Shown here: one piece after another, positions 9,720-21,894 of the stretch | How positions within the stretch are numbered: position 1 is the stretch's first letter | How the letters are laid out: each line of letters starts with the position of its first letter | Assembly (NCBI RefSeq): GCF_001194135.2 | Contig: NC_068981.1 | Location: forward strand, 197,756,115-197,798,075 | Direction: 5' to 3' | Length of the DNA stretch: 41,961 nucleotides | From: Octopus bimaculoides | Taxonomy: Eukaryota | Position numbers and translations under genes: made by a program | Notes under the pieces: model-generated | Seen by the model: the letters and a program-made list of their open reading frames with translations, nothing else | What the model was told of the DNA's origin: nothing | Database searches by the model: none

Positions 9720-10938
9720 CACTGACACGACAGAAGTAAACAGTCATCCTTATATTCGTTAAAATTAATTTAAATCTGAAATCATACATTCACACTATTT
9801 GTTAATTATTATAATGTGAATATTTTTCAACTCAAGGACCCTATTAAGCATGGTACTGATCAGACGACAAATATTCTCTTGCAGAATTCCTTGCCAAATT
9901 TCAGGCAGTAATCTCAAAAGATCTGGCTTTGAAGATGCTTTCCTGTTCTTATGAAGTGTTTTGTCCATTATGTCCCAGAAGTGTCCAATAGGGTTCATAT
10001 CTGGTGATTGGCTTGGCCATAGTTTTAATGCCATTCTCATCCAACCAACCTTGGGTCTTTTTAGTCATGTGTCAAAGCACCCCATCTTCCATAAATAAAG
10101 AGTCTTCTTTAATCATTTCTCCACTGGAGAAGATTTGAAGGAGTCCTTTCTGCAATATGAACACATATTTATCTGAGTTTATGTTTCCCTCACACTCCAC
10201 TAGCTCTGATTAACCATTGCTCCATATTGCTCCCCAAACCATCACAGAATAACTGTCACGTTTCATTGTTGTCTGCAATCTTTTCACATAAAATTCTTGA
10301 TCACAAAGTCTCCAGACCCACACTCGGTCACTGTCAGGAAATACAGCAAATCTGGACTCATCAGAGAATATGACAGTGTCCCAAAATGCTAGTGACCTCT
10401 CCACCATCACAATGGCCCGATCTTTTCTTCACTTGATGTTGGCTGGTCAAAGAAGTTACTTCCTTCTTGCTGCTCTGCCATAGTAACCAAGTTTGTGGAA
10501 ATACTTAACAGCTGTTCTGGGACTAACATCAATTTGTTCTGCTATGTCAGAGGCCTTGCAACAAGGATTATCCTCCACACTTCTCTTGGCAAAGAGAAGG
10601 GTCCTGTCAGAAGGCCCTGGTCGACTTAAGTGAGATAATGTGAACCTTTTGCCCTCCTTGGGGACTTGCACAATCACTCTATTAACTGTAGAAAGTGGGA
10701 TCCCAAGGCTTTCTGCGATTTTACATTGACTAGGTCCACGTTCTGATTCACTCATAATACGGCCTCTTTGAAATTCGGACAATTCCAAGCCTTCTTTTGT
10801 ATGTGATATGATTAAACAGTCACATATAGAACCTGAAACATAAAAATGTCAATAAAAAAAAAAAAAAAACCTTTTCAAGTTACAATAAGCATAAAATGAT
10901 GTCTTATAGGGTGTCTGTTTACTTCTGTTATGTCTGTA
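9720..10938 (-). mobile_element. Tc1-family DNA transposon, near full length, with TIRs
   Basis: Left TIR CACTGACACGACAGAAGTAAACAGTCATCCTTA (9720-9752) is preceded by TA. An imperfect reverse complement lies at 10907-10938, ending at TA. A fragmented transposase lies between them. Confidence 0.9.
9795..10790 (-). pseudogene. Tc1 (DD34E-type) transposase pseudogene
   Basis: N-terminal paired-like HTH (MELSEFQRGRI...IAESLGIPLSTVNRVI); first Asp in VIFSDESRF; second in FMEDG; third motif WPSQSPDMNPIG, with Gly in place of the catalytic Glu. Several frameshifts and stops. Confidence 0.9.
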
Positions 10939-11410
10939 TGTATGTGTGCCTCTCGATATATATATATATATATATANNNNNNNNNNNNNNNNNNNNNNNN
11001 NNNNNNNNNNNNNNNNNNNNNNNNNNNNNNNNNNNNNNNNNNNNNNNNNNNNNNNNNNNNNNNNNNNNNNNNNNNNNNNNNNNNNNNNNNNNNNNNNNNN
11101 NNNNNNNNNNNNNNNNNNNNNNNNNNNNNNNNNNNNNNNNNNNNNNNNNNNNNNNNNNNNNNNNNNNNNNNNNNNNNNNNNNNNNNNNNNNNNNNNNNNN
11201 NNNNNNNNNNNNNNNNNNNNNNNNNNNNNNNNNNNNNNNNNNNNNNNNNNNNNNNNNNNNNNNNNNNNNNNNNNNNNNNNNNNNNNNNNNNNNNNNNNNN
11301 NNNNNNNNNNNNNNNNNNNNNNNNNNNNNNNNNNNNNNNNNNNNNNNNNNNNNNNNNNNNNNNNNNNNNNNNNNNNNNNNNNNNNNNNNNNNNNNNNNNN
11401 NNNNNNNNNN

Positions 11411-11477
<67 letters not shown>

Positions 11478-11529
11478 TGTGTGTGTTTGTATTTGTAATT
11501 GTGTAACATGTTCTCGGTCTTTTTTTGTC

Positions 11530-11790
11530 TTTGTTGTACACATTCGCTTCCCTTCTCCCCCAAAATTTAATGCGTTTAGCTTAGAATTTTGGGGGCAGCC
11601 AGATTTGAACAGTCTCAAGTGTAACTGCCCGGAACTGTAAGGATAATTTGGTGACTTGACTGACGAGAAGAACTTGCGAATGACCCGTCCTTGTTTTTTT
11701 TCCGTCCGTCTTTTTATTGTTTTTTTCCTGTCCGGATGTTTTACTGTCGTCTGTTGGGTTCTTGTTCCATTTTTTGGATTTACACACACA
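11530..11790. mobile_element. Second copy of the unclassified repeat at 2300-2497
   Basis: Shared blocks TTAGCTTAG, GCCAGATT, GATAAT, GACTGACGAG, CGAATGACCCGTCCTTGTTTT. Confidence 0.55.
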
Positions 11791-12064
11791 AACACACACA
11801 CATATCTTAAGGTTTTGCTTAAGTGTAGCAATAACAATAACCAGTTATTCGCATATGCTTCTGAGTATTAACCGAATCCAGAGCGTAAATAACAATTATT
11901 GAATGACAAGGCACAAGAATTGCGTAATTAACTTGGAACGTTGATTGCACTATATTTATGAGTAGAAACATCTGTAAGCCACTGAATTAATCCCTATTCC
12001 CCTACCATGTGTTTGCGAGGGGGGGTTACATAAAACTGAATGAGTAGAAGAAAGAAGCGGCAGG

Positions 12065-12273
12065 TGAAAATGCGTGCTTCCCAACCACATGGTTCTAGGT
12101 TCAATCTCACTATGTGACAAGTTGGGAAAATGTTTTCTACTATTGTCTCGGGCCGACCAATGTCTTGTCGGTGGAATTGGTCGTCGGAAACTGAAGGAAG
12201 ACCGTCGTATATGTATGTGTGTGTGTGTGTGTGTGTGTGCGTGTGTGTGTATGTGTGCGTGTGCGTATGTGTG

Positions 12274-12307
<34 letters not shown>

Positions 12308-12557
12308 AGTGTGTATAGGCACAAGTGCGTATGCCATTGTGCCTTTGTGTCTGTTTGTCCCCCACTACCAATTGACAACTGGTGTTGATGTGTCTACATC
12401 TCCGTAGCTTAGCAGTTCGACAAAAATGCCCGATAAAATATGTACCAGGCTTTAAAAATAAGCGTTGGGGGTTGATTCGTTTAACTAATATTCTTGAAGG
12501 TAGTGCCCTACTATGGTCGCAGTCTAATGACTGAAACAAGTAAAAATCAAAAAGATA
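12065..12557 (+). mobile_element. Complete SINE family B with internal (TG)n microsatellite
   Basis: tRNA-like head (GCTTCCCAACCACATGGTTCTAGGTTCAAT), 5' body, (TG)n at ~12210-12315, 3' body and tail AATGACTGAAACAAGTAAAA. Confidence 0.85.
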
Positions 12558-12589
12558 TGAATGATGCAATCACCCTGAGAGTGGCGGAC

Positions 12590-12923
12590 CTCAAACAAGG
12601 ACCAATTAAGGGGCCCCACACTATCAGGATCCCTCTGACCACCAAGAACACATGTCCTCTCCAAATGTTTTCAATCGACAGACACTCTAACCATTTTCGT
12701 CGAAGTCATCCAGTTTTTGACAAATCCCTCTCCTCCCTCACGTTTTTTCTCGAGTGAAACGTGAAAAAGTCAATGAGGATTTAACCGAAGCGAGTACGTT
12801 TGGCTTCACTCCATTCAGCCTCGTCCTTCATGAAACCTCTCTGGTCATAGCGTCCACACAGAGGCAAACTGACTGACCAAACAGCTTCATTAAAGAAGTG
12901 TTGTGGGATGATGCTTATGATAG
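12590..12923 (-). mobile_element. Tx1/L1-clade LINE, ORF2 C-terminal remnant
   Basis: Minus strand MTREVS*RTRLNGVK...ILIDFFTFHSRKNVREERDLS...KNWMTSTKMVRV parallels TKEVVWWMRLKG...INFF*FHLERK at ~32700 and KEVVWKTRVKG...FHLKRKIRVEK at ~39650. Confidence 0.65.
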
Positions 12924-13026
12924 NNNNNNNNNNNNNNNNNNNNNNNNNNNNNNNNNNNNNNNNNNNNNNNNNNNNNNNNNNNNNNNNNNNNNNNNNNNNN
13001 NNNNNNNNNNNNNNNNNNNNNNNGAA

Positions 13027-13325
13027 ACACTGGGGTCGATGTAATCGACTAGTCCCCTCCTCCAAAATTTCAGACCCTGATTATTGTCATTGTTGTTGTT
13101 GCTGCTGTTTAAGGCGACAACTTGACAGACTCGTTAGCATGCCGGACAAAATTCTCAGCGGCATTTCATTCGGCTTTACGTTTTGACTTTGCCAAGGTCA
13201 GCTTTGACTTACATCCTTTCGGAGTCAACAAAATAAATGCCAGGGAAGTTTTTTTTTGGGGGGGGGTCGATGTAATAAAGCAGCCCCCTCCTTCAAAACT
13301 TCAGGCCTTCTGCCAAGAGTAGGAT
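13027..13325 (+). mobile_element. SINE family A: a 3' end (13027-13080) followed by a near-complete copy (13113-13325)
   Basis: CTGGGGTCGATGTAATCGACT...AAAATTTCAG and GTTAGCATGCCGGACAAAATT...CATCCTTTCGGAGTCAACAAAATAAA...GGGGTCGATGTAAT. Confidence 0.75.
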
Positions 13326-13374
13326 GACTTTCACATCTAACATAATCACTTTTTTCGCTGAAGCTATCCTAAAC

Positions 13375-13500
13375 GTACCAACTGTTCGTTTCCCATGGAC
13401 CAATATAGTACTTTCTCTTCAAGTCTCAACTGTTTTGCAGAGACTCTTAGAACTGTCAAGTAATACTGTTTTCTGGATGTGCTCCGTTCTCATTTTTATT
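13375..13500 (-). mobile_element. Short REL-type (R4/Dong-like) LINE 3' remnant
   Basis: Minus strand RTEHIQKTVLLDSSKSL resembles RVEHGQKTVLLGTAKTL at ~31290. Confidence 0.4.
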
Positions 13501-14334
13501 CATCTCATTTCCAACCAATTTCTTTGCTCGATCTACCTGGGGTACCAAGGGGAAGCCATCAATGCCCCGATGCAGTGCAAGGCAGTGGCTCGCATGGCTT
13601 CTGATCTTAACTGATTGAAAGTGTTATCATGTACATTGTTTTGTCTTGGTATAAAAAGATGGCCTACAGCTAATATTCTGCTCAATATCACTGGAAATAA
13701 ATGTCATATCCTTAAGATACGGAAAGGGATACTGTTGCTTTGAGAGCGAGAGTGATAAGAAAGTGTTAAGAGAAGTGAACAACAGGTCTTTAGAGAAGAA
13801 ACCCTCACCTCAGGCAAGTATTTTGGTCCTTAATTATTTACATTCTAAGGGGACCAGGCCGCATCCAGGTCATGACTTCTGGGTGCCCTTCTGCTGACAC
13901 TTTTTAGCCATTTGGATATCGGAGACTTGTGCATTTAAGCAGCTTGGAGACTCCATCTGGTTGGAACTCCTTCTCATTGGCTAAGCTTTTAAGCTTAAAC
14001 TTGAAGAAAAAAACGTTGGTTGTCATGGTAGCGAGAAATGAGGCAGCGAGGAAGACGGTAGACGCAATAGAGTAGCATATAGTGTTATGCAAAAAAGAGA
14101 GTGGAACTCTGGTAGAATGGTTAATTGTGAGAAATGTGCAGCAGACTAGTGGTGGTGATTCACAAATGGAATATGGAATAATGTTTAATAAATCAATGAA
14201 AGTGAGGTTAATTGTTTTTGCAAATGAACCAAAATTTAATTAGTGAAATGGTTTGGAAAGATTACAAATGGCAGTCAAACTGCACGGATTATCCATGTTG
14301 AGTGAAGTGTAGGTTGGTCATTGGAAAGGCGGGT

Positions 14335-14770
14335 GAATGATAGGTAGAGTACGCCGAGGGGGTAGAGGGTGGAGTATCTTGTGGTGGGTGGGTGGAGTGC
14401 TTCATGAGTAGAGAGTAGAGTAGCTCGTGAGTGGTGGGTGAAGAGCCTCATGGGTAGAGTAGCTTGTGAGTGGTGGGTGGGGTGCCACGTGAGTAGAGGG
14501 TAGAGTAGCCCGTGAGTGGTTGGTGAGGTGCCTTGTGAGTAGAGGGTAGAGTAACTCGTGAGTGGTGGATGAAGAGCCTCGTGGGTAGAGGGTAAAGTAG
14601 CTCGTGAGTGGTGGGTGAAAAGCCTCATGGGCAGAGGGTAGAGTAGCTCGTGAGTAGTGGGTGGAGTGCCTCGTGAGTAGAGGGTAGAGTAGCTCGTGAG
14701 TGGTGGGTAGGGTACCTCGTGAGTAGAGGGTAGAGTAGCCCATGAGTGATAGGTGGGGTGCCTAGTGAGT
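14335..14770. repeat. G-rich minisatellite built from GAGTAGAGGGTAGAGTAGCTCGTGAGTGGTGGGTG-like units
   Basis: About 10 imperfect tandem units; source of ORFs 14275-14853 and 14402-14743. Confidence 0.9.
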
Positions 14771-15654
14771 ATCCCGTCTCCTATAAAGACAGATGTATGT
14801 GTGTGATAATATGGTCGGATGTAAAATTGTTGGCAATGGAATTTAACGAACAACGAAACGACTGTGATTGGAATCGAAATGAACAGACTTCGACGCCAAA
14901 CTCTTAGTTATGAAGATAATCGATAGTGAGGTAGGTGAGGGGTGGGGTGGGGTGTGGTGGGGGAATTATATGTGAAATGTGTTTCACATCGATGTAAAAA
15001 AATGGGAGTTGAATTTATTGCTTGAAACAAGCTTTTGTCACAATATACGGTTTAATGTCTTGAAAGCAAGAAAGGAAAATAATAACAAAAATATAACCTG
15101 AAATTTAGGAGGGAGGAAGCTAGTCGATTACATCGACCCCAGTACATGACTGATACTTATTNNNNNNNNNNNNNNNNNNNNNNNNNNNNNNNNNNNNNNN
15201 NNNNNNNNNNNNNNNNNNNNNNNNNNNNNNNNNNNNNNNNNNNNNNNNNNNNNNNNNNNNNNNNNNNNNNNNNNNNNNNNNNNNNNNNNNNNNNNNNNNN
15301 NNNNNNNNNNNNNNNNNNNNNNNNNNNNNNNNNNNNNNNNNNNNNNNNNNNNNNNNNNNNNNNNNNNNNNNNNNNNNNNNNNNNNNNNNNNNNNNNNNNN
15401 NNNNNNNNNNNNNNNNNNNNNNNNNNNNNNNNNNNNNNNNNNNNNNNNNNNNNNNNNNNNNNNNNNNNNNNNNNNNNNNNNNNNNNNNNNNNNNNNNNNN
15501 NNNNNNNNNNNNNNNNNNNNNNNNNNNNNNNNNNNNNNNNNNNNNNNNNNNNNNNNNNNNNNNNNNNNNNNNNNNNNNNNNNNNNNNNNNNNNNNNNNNN
15601 NNNNNNNNNNNNNNNNNNNNNNNNNNNNNNNNNNNNNNNNNNNNNNNNNNNNNN

Positions 15655-15963
15655 GGAAATAGAGGTAACTCGAATGTGGAATCTAAAAACAGAAACAATT
15701 CCTATCATAGTAGGTGCCTTAGGTATAATAAAAAAATATTCAGACAAATACATAACAAAAACACCAGGACTTACAAATATATATAACATACAGAAAATTG
15801 CACTACTGGGTACTGCACACATTCTACGCAAAACACTTTCAATACAGTAACCATAAGAGCACCACAGCAAACCACAGCACATACCCAAGGCGCACAGAGC
15901 TGCGCTCAGTAGTGAAGTGAAAGCACGCTATAAAAATAAAACTACTGAACAATAATAATAATA
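15655..15963 (+). mobile_element. R4/Dong-like non-LTR element 3' end (copy A) with (TAA)n tail
   Basis: EIEVTRMWNLKTETIPIIVGALG...KIALLGTAHILRKTLSIQ*, then a 3' UTR and AATAATAATAA; near-identical to the copies at 27077-27552 and 31470-31765. Confidence 0.85.
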
Positions 15964-15974
15964 AACGGACCTTT

Positions 15975-16340
15975 CTGTTCAAACTGAAAAGAAATTAGGA
16001 AATAATAGACCAGATATAAAGATTGTAGAAAGGAAAAGCGAAGTTGATCAGTTATCTTCTCATCATTCCCGTTTGATTCCAGGATCGTAATGAAAGAAGA
16101 AGAAAAACAAAACAAAAAAAATTACAATTTGAAATGGGAAGAATTTGGAGGATGAGAACGGTTAAGGCGGTGCTGGTATTAATTGGTGCGTTGGAAACTG
16201 TGAGCAAAGATATAGACAAATGGCTGAAGGAGATTGAAATAGAATGCCTGGTAGAGCTCCTACAAAAAGTTTGTCTCTTAGGGAAGACAGCAAGGATTAT
16301 CAGGAGGGTTCTAAGCACGTGAAGGACTACTGAAAACTTG
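15975..16340 (+). mobile_element. REL-endonuclease LINE 3' end, second family
   Basis: VQTEKKLGNNRPDI.IVE...RIVMKEEEK...GRIWRMRTVKAVLVLIGALETVSKDIDKWL...LQKVCLLG.TARIIRRVLST; carries the RPD..D..K motif of the R2/R4 restriction-like endonuclease. Confidence 0.75.
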
Positions 16341-16379
16341 TGGATACCTAAGGTTACAGGGAGTAACCCACGATTCACA

Positions 16380-16800
16380 TAATTTTATCGACCCCTGCAA
16401 CGATAATATGCAAAGTTGACACCAGTGGGAATCGAACTCAAAGCCAAAGCGAACTAGATACCACAAGACTCTATATTCGGCGCTCGGCTGATTCTTCTAG
16501 TCTGCATTGCTACATTTATAACCCTCTCCCCCACCCTGGACTGATGGGAGGGAGGGAAGTAAGAGCGAAGGGAAAAGGGGAGGGAAGGTCCATTTATCCT
16601 TTTTTATCTTTTTACTAGTTCCAGTTATGAGACTGTGGTCATTCTGGGGCACCAACCACTTGAGATCTGACACGAATGCTTGCAACAGAGTTGGGTCCAC
16701 TAAAGGCACCATTGGTAAACTGGGTGACCAATTAAGTCTACTACACAAGCAGACTACGGAGGGATTTAAACTCAGAACGCAGACTACACTTACTACGTCC
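16380..16800 (-). mobile_element. Two decayed SINE fragments (16380-16500 and 16600-16795)
   Basis: TTTTATCGACCCC...GGAATCGAACTC is reverse family A. TTTTACTAGTTCCAGTTATGAGACTGTGGTCATTCTGGGGCACC is a reverse family-B-like tail. GGATTTAAACTCAGAACG is a reverse head. Confidence 0.5.
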
Positions 16801-17862
16801 AGCATCTTCGACTAAACCCGTTGAAACCTTTGTTTCAGACGGGCGATGTACGACGAAATATTTCTGACATTTCGTAATAAACGGTTCCATCAGATAATGG
16901 AAGTCTATATGAAGATAGATGTATGTTCAACAGAGATATCATGATGTTAGCACCATGTAATTGCTTCGGTTCTACAAACCATCGCAGAACAAGTCATATG
17001 ACAAGAATATCGACAAAATAGAAATGATTTCGAATTTTGGTAAATTGATTGTCATCAATTTCTTAAATTGTTTTCTTTGAGATGAAAAAACGTTAAGTCA
17101 AGAAATATATTTGTATATCTGTCAAGTGTTGGGTGGAATCAGAACTGCGAGGTAGGTGTAGTAATATTGGTAAGTCCTTGTGAGTTTTGTGTGAATAAAA
17201 AACTGATCTCGTTGTGCCTCAAGTACTGGAGTTAAACATTTGAGCTAAATATCACAGTTGTTTCTCCTCATGTAGAAATAAACGGAATTGTCACGGGTGG
17301 AACGTCTTTGATCATCGATCTGTTCGATTAAAGTTGACGTCGCATGAACATGGGCTTTTGAATAACGTGACGTATCAACTGCTACCAATGCAATTGTTAA
17401 AAACATGGCCTGTACATGTGAGCATCAGTGCACACTGTGTTTACGACAAGAAAAATAGTGAGAAGAAATATGACTCCTGGAGAAAAACGATACGTTTGCA
17501 ATCTATAGAAAATATATTTGGCGATATGTTTGTTGACACATCTTCGTTAAATTGATTTTGCTCTGCCAATGGAGCCAGTTACCTGAACGTTAGCAAAATG
17601 GAGAGTCTTTCGTTTCCTACCTCTCGCATTGAGAATGAAGTCTTTAGTTTCGTAGAGAAATTGAAAATAAATGTAATATTGGATATGAAAAAGAATTCCT
17701 GAAATGTAGATTGAGGACTGCTAATGAGGCTATAAATTATATACGGCATCACAAATTGTTCAAAGGAAGAAAATATCAAAGTAAATATGCTAAAAGATGG
17801 CGATCTTCGTTCTCTTTTTATTTTAACATTCTGTTCGTTCTGATGGTATGGAAGTTCATTAT

Positions 17863-17923
<61 letters not shown>

Positions 17924-18884
17924 NNNNNNNNNNNNNNNNNNNNNNNNNNNNNNNNNNNNNNNNNNNNNNNNNNNNNNNNNNNNNNNNNNNNNNNNNNNNN
18001 NNNNNNNNNNNNNNNNNNNNNNNNNNNNNNNNNNNNNNNNNNNNNNNNNNNNNNNNNNNNNNNNNNNNNNNNNNNNNNNNNNNNNNNNNNNNNNNNNNNN
18101 NNNNNNNNNNNNNNNNNNNNNNNNNNNNNNNNNNNNNNNNNNNNNNNNNNNNNNNNNNNNNNNNNNNNNNNNNNNNNNNNNNNNNNNNNNNNNNNNNNNN
18201 NNNNNNNNNNNNNNNNNNNNNNNNNNNNNNNNNNNNNNNNNNNNNNNNNNNNNNNNNNNNNNNNNNNNNNNNNNNNNNNNNNNNNNNNNNNNNNNNNNNN
18301 NNNNNNNNNNNNNNNNNNNNNNNNNNNNNNNNNNNNNNNNNNNNNNNNNNNNNNNNNNNNNNNNNNNNNNNNNNNNNNNNNNNNNNNNNNNNNNNNNNNN
18401 NNNNNNNNNNNNNNNNNNNNNNNNNNNNNNNNNNNNNNNNNNNNNNNNNNNNNNNNNNNNNNNNNNNNNNNNNNNNNNNNNNNNNNNNNNNNNNNNNNNN
18501 NNNNNNNNNNNNNNNNNNNNNNNNNNNNNNNNNNNNNNNNNNNNNNNNNNNNNNNNNNNNNNNNNNNNNNNNNNNNNNNNNNNNNNNNNNNNNNNNNNNN
18601 NNNNNNNNNNNNNNNNNNNNNNNNNNNNNNNNNNNNNNNNNNNNNNNNNNNNNNNNNNNNNNNNNNNNNNNNNNNNNNNNNNNNNNNNNNNNNNNNNNNN
18701 NNNNNNNNNNNNNNNNNNNNNNNNNNNNNNNNNNNNNNNNNNNNNNNNNNNNNNNNNNNNNNNNNNNNNNNNNNNNNNNNNNNNNNNNNNNNNNNNNNNN
18801 NNNNNNNNNNNNNNNNNNNNNTGGTGATGCTAGTTATGATGGTGGTTATTTTTCTTTATTAGCCACAAAGACGGGAAAAATACA

Positions 18885-19105
18885 GAAAATATTGGTTCTA
18901 AAGTTTGGCACAAGGCCAGCAATATCCGGAGAGGGTAAGGGGTAATTCGATTACATCGACCCCAGTGCTCAACTGGTACTTATTTTATCAACCCCAAAAG
19001 GTTAGAATGTAAAATCGACCTCGGCGGAATTTGAACTCAGGATGCAATGACGGACTAAAATGTTTAGCAGCATTTTGTCCGGACCGATAAGATTTTGCCA
19101 ATTCA
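18885..19105 (-). mobile_element. SINE family A, near complete
   Basis: Reverse complement contains GAGTTCAAATTCCGCCGAGGTCGATTTTACATTCTAACCTTTTGGGGTTGATAAAATAAGTACCAGTTGAGCACTGGGGTCGATGTAATCGA. The central block resembles the Deu/Nin-type SINE core (from memory). Confidence 0.8.
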
Positions 19106-19106
19106 T

Positions 19107-19411
19107 TTCTTAACCCAGGATGAGTGATGGGTTCATCACTCTGAGCGAGAGACAAAGAGAAAAAATCCTTAACTGTGGCTTTGAACTGGTTGATCACCCT
19201 ACCTTGTACTCCTGATTAGGCCCCATCGGACTATCATCTGTTCCCCAACATGAAAGAACATTATCGCAGTGATGATGACGTCTCACTGGATGAAAGCTTC
19301 TTCCCCAATGGGATCCAAGTACTTCAAAACCGATGTGTGTAGAACATAGGGTGACTATGTAGAAAATAAACCTCATTTGGTGAAAATCCATGAAAGTATC
19401 TTGGTCAGCCT
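19107..19411 (+). mobile_element. mariner (DD34D) transposon remnant with internal deletion
   Basis: FLTQDE*WVHHSERETKR (first Asp motif) is joined almost directly to FELVDHP..YSPDLAPSDYHLFPNMKE...GIQVLQNR...GDYVE, followed by the start of a TIR-like end TTGGTCAGCC. Confidence 0.8.
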
Positions 19412-20979
19412 AGTATTCTATACAAATGGGTGAATGAACATTTGAAGAAAAACATTTGCACAGAAGTAAATAAAATGAAGTCCAATAAAATACGCAATAA
19501 TTAATTCATGACAATTAAAAGAAATAAAACATGGTGCGATAACTATTGTTCATGTCGTATTGGACTATCCTACGGTTCCACCTGCCAGCCATTGCTCGTA
19601 TTGGTGTCTCGTGCACTCAAAGGCACCCACGGATATGTTTCAAACAGGATGGAGTGAAAAAAAACCCTCCTAAGTTTTCAGGGATTGTTTCAGTTCATAA
19701 TTTTATCTTTGCCAAATATTTCAGACTCAACTACACCTCTGTTATCCTTTTACCTGATCATTCATGGCACCATACGTTCGCCATGTTATCTATTAACCGT
19801 TGGTTTGACTTTCGAAGGATCCTGAATCTCATATTTTTTTTTGTCCCCTTCTTTTTCTTCAAAATTATCCCGAGGAAAGACATCCTTGTTGTTCCTCCTT
19901 ACTCGCTGACAAATTTCTCTTAGTACCTTTCCTTTCAGCATGTTCCTCGCATAATACATTTAAACATTCTTACGGTGGTACGCAGACATATTTAAATGCT
20001 ACAGTGCAACAATAATAGTTTAAACAACACTCGTATGGCATTGAGAAATATTACACAAGACATTCATGTCGAACGATTCAGGAAACATTCAACCAAAGGC
20101 GGGATATTTCATGTATGTCCCAAGATTAGCAGACCATGTCACCACAGATGAGGTGTCACAACATAATTAAAATAAAGCACTCAGTGCATAGCTTCTGCTA
20201 TAACGATACTCGGAAAACTAATATGGGACAACATACAAGGAGGTGTGGAGGCATTCAAAATAAACAAGGTAACACGGAATGGTTCTGCATGGCCGCAGCT
20301 CAATGGCTGAAACAAATAAAAGATACAAGAATGTGTGTATGTATGTATGTATGTATGTATGTATGTATGTGTGTATGTATGTATGTATCTACGTGTGTGT
20401 ATGTATGATGTATCTACGTGTGTGTGTGTATGTATGTTGCAGTAGAGTTGTACTACTTCTTTGGGTATGTATTCTACAATAGGTTATCAGACAAAGAATG
20501 TTGCTGAAGGAGCTGCCTTCCAAAACTTATGATGTTATCAGCCTCATGTATGAAAAGCGATTGGTTTACCCTCTCAGGAAGTGGCGAGAGTTTCAATAAA
20601 TCATCTTCTCCATTATTTGATAGACATTTCTTCGCATTTGTTGTTCAAGTATATGTCACTGGCCTTTCTAACTCATTTCTCTTGGCTCGTTTTCGTTTCA
20701 CACGTGTTTATAGATACAGCCATATTGTGTCCTGACAAGTTATCTCAACTTTATCAACTTTATCAAGCCTCGAATCCAATCTTTTCTCGGATTCATATCA
20801 GTTTCTCTCCGAAAAGTTTCGCTCAAGTTGTAAATTCTCCTGAACTCAACTTCATTCAATTTCACTACACTTCACTTCACTCGGTTCCACTCCACTCACA
20901 ATATGACCGCTCACTCAGGCAAGATTTGTACTCCTACTTTAAAGAACTCAATCTTGCATAAAGATGACGAATTCCCCAC

Positions 20980-21439
20980 CACCTCCATTTCCACCACCAC
21001 CACCACCACCACCACCACCACCACCACTACTACTATTACCACCAACACCATCACCACTATCAACTCCACCAGCGCCACCAAATCCCACTTCCTGCAAATT
21101 CTTAGAAGCAGTATATTTACTACACGCACACACATGCACACACACGCAGTACGCTCACACACATAACCCTGCATGTTACTTTATACTTCAGTTCTGGGAG
21201 AGAAACCGCAGCGCATTCATTCAATCTCGGTGAAACAATAATAAAAGCAGACGATACAGAGATGTCTGACATTATCCAGTCAGAGCATCGTATTTAAATC
21301 TTGTATCAAACATCAATAATAACAGAAACAACAACAGCAGCAACATCAACAACAACAACAACTACTACTACTACTACATCATCATCATCATCACCATCAT
21401 CATCATCACCACCATCATCATCACCATCACCATCATCAC

Positions 21440-21471
<32 letters not shown>

Positions 21472-21482
21472 ACTACAACAAA
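20980..21482. repeat. Trinucleotide microsatellites (CAC)n, (CAA)n, (CTA)n, (CAT)n
   Basis: Directly visible; source of the poly-T/P/V/G/S ORFs. Confidence 0.95.
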
Positions 21483-21857
21483 CACTAATTCTCAGAGCTT
21501 TTCTTTTTCCGTTTCCTTTGCACCAGAAAATTGAAAAAAATAACAAACACATACACACACGCACACACATACGCAAAATACCTTTATTCCGAACGGAACT
21601 CCTTAAAACAAACATACAACAAACAAACACTTCCTCCCCACCCAAAACCAATCAAATTCCATGCCATTAATAATACTTTTTCTTCTCGCCGTTCCTTCAT
21701 GTCTATTTTCCCTGACTTCAATGTCACTTTGATGAAGCAGACGACCAAATATGGCGGTCGTCGTCTGCTGGCCGCCCACCACATATATCACACCCTCTCT
21801 TAATTGATATGCCTTTATTTCTCATCTTATCAATATCGCGCAGTTGAAAAAAAAAAA

Positions 21858-21860
21858 ATG

Positions 21861-21894
<34 letters not shown>

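Noticed and set aside
17380-17480. CTLCLRQEK motif resembling the C-terminal CxLCLxEK of Penelope ORFs
   Set aside because: A single short motif needing a frameshift; too weak without a profile search.
19550-19980. Possible decayed Tx1 ORF1 (CFKC..RGH-like) on the minus strand
   Set aside because: It needs several indels to read and has no second anchoring motif.
20483-20600. Short protein-like frame after an AG (VIRQRMLLKELPSKTYDVISLMYEKRLVYPLRKWREFQ)
   Set aside because: No convincing donor site, no recognisable homology and no supporting exons; RNA-seq would be needed.
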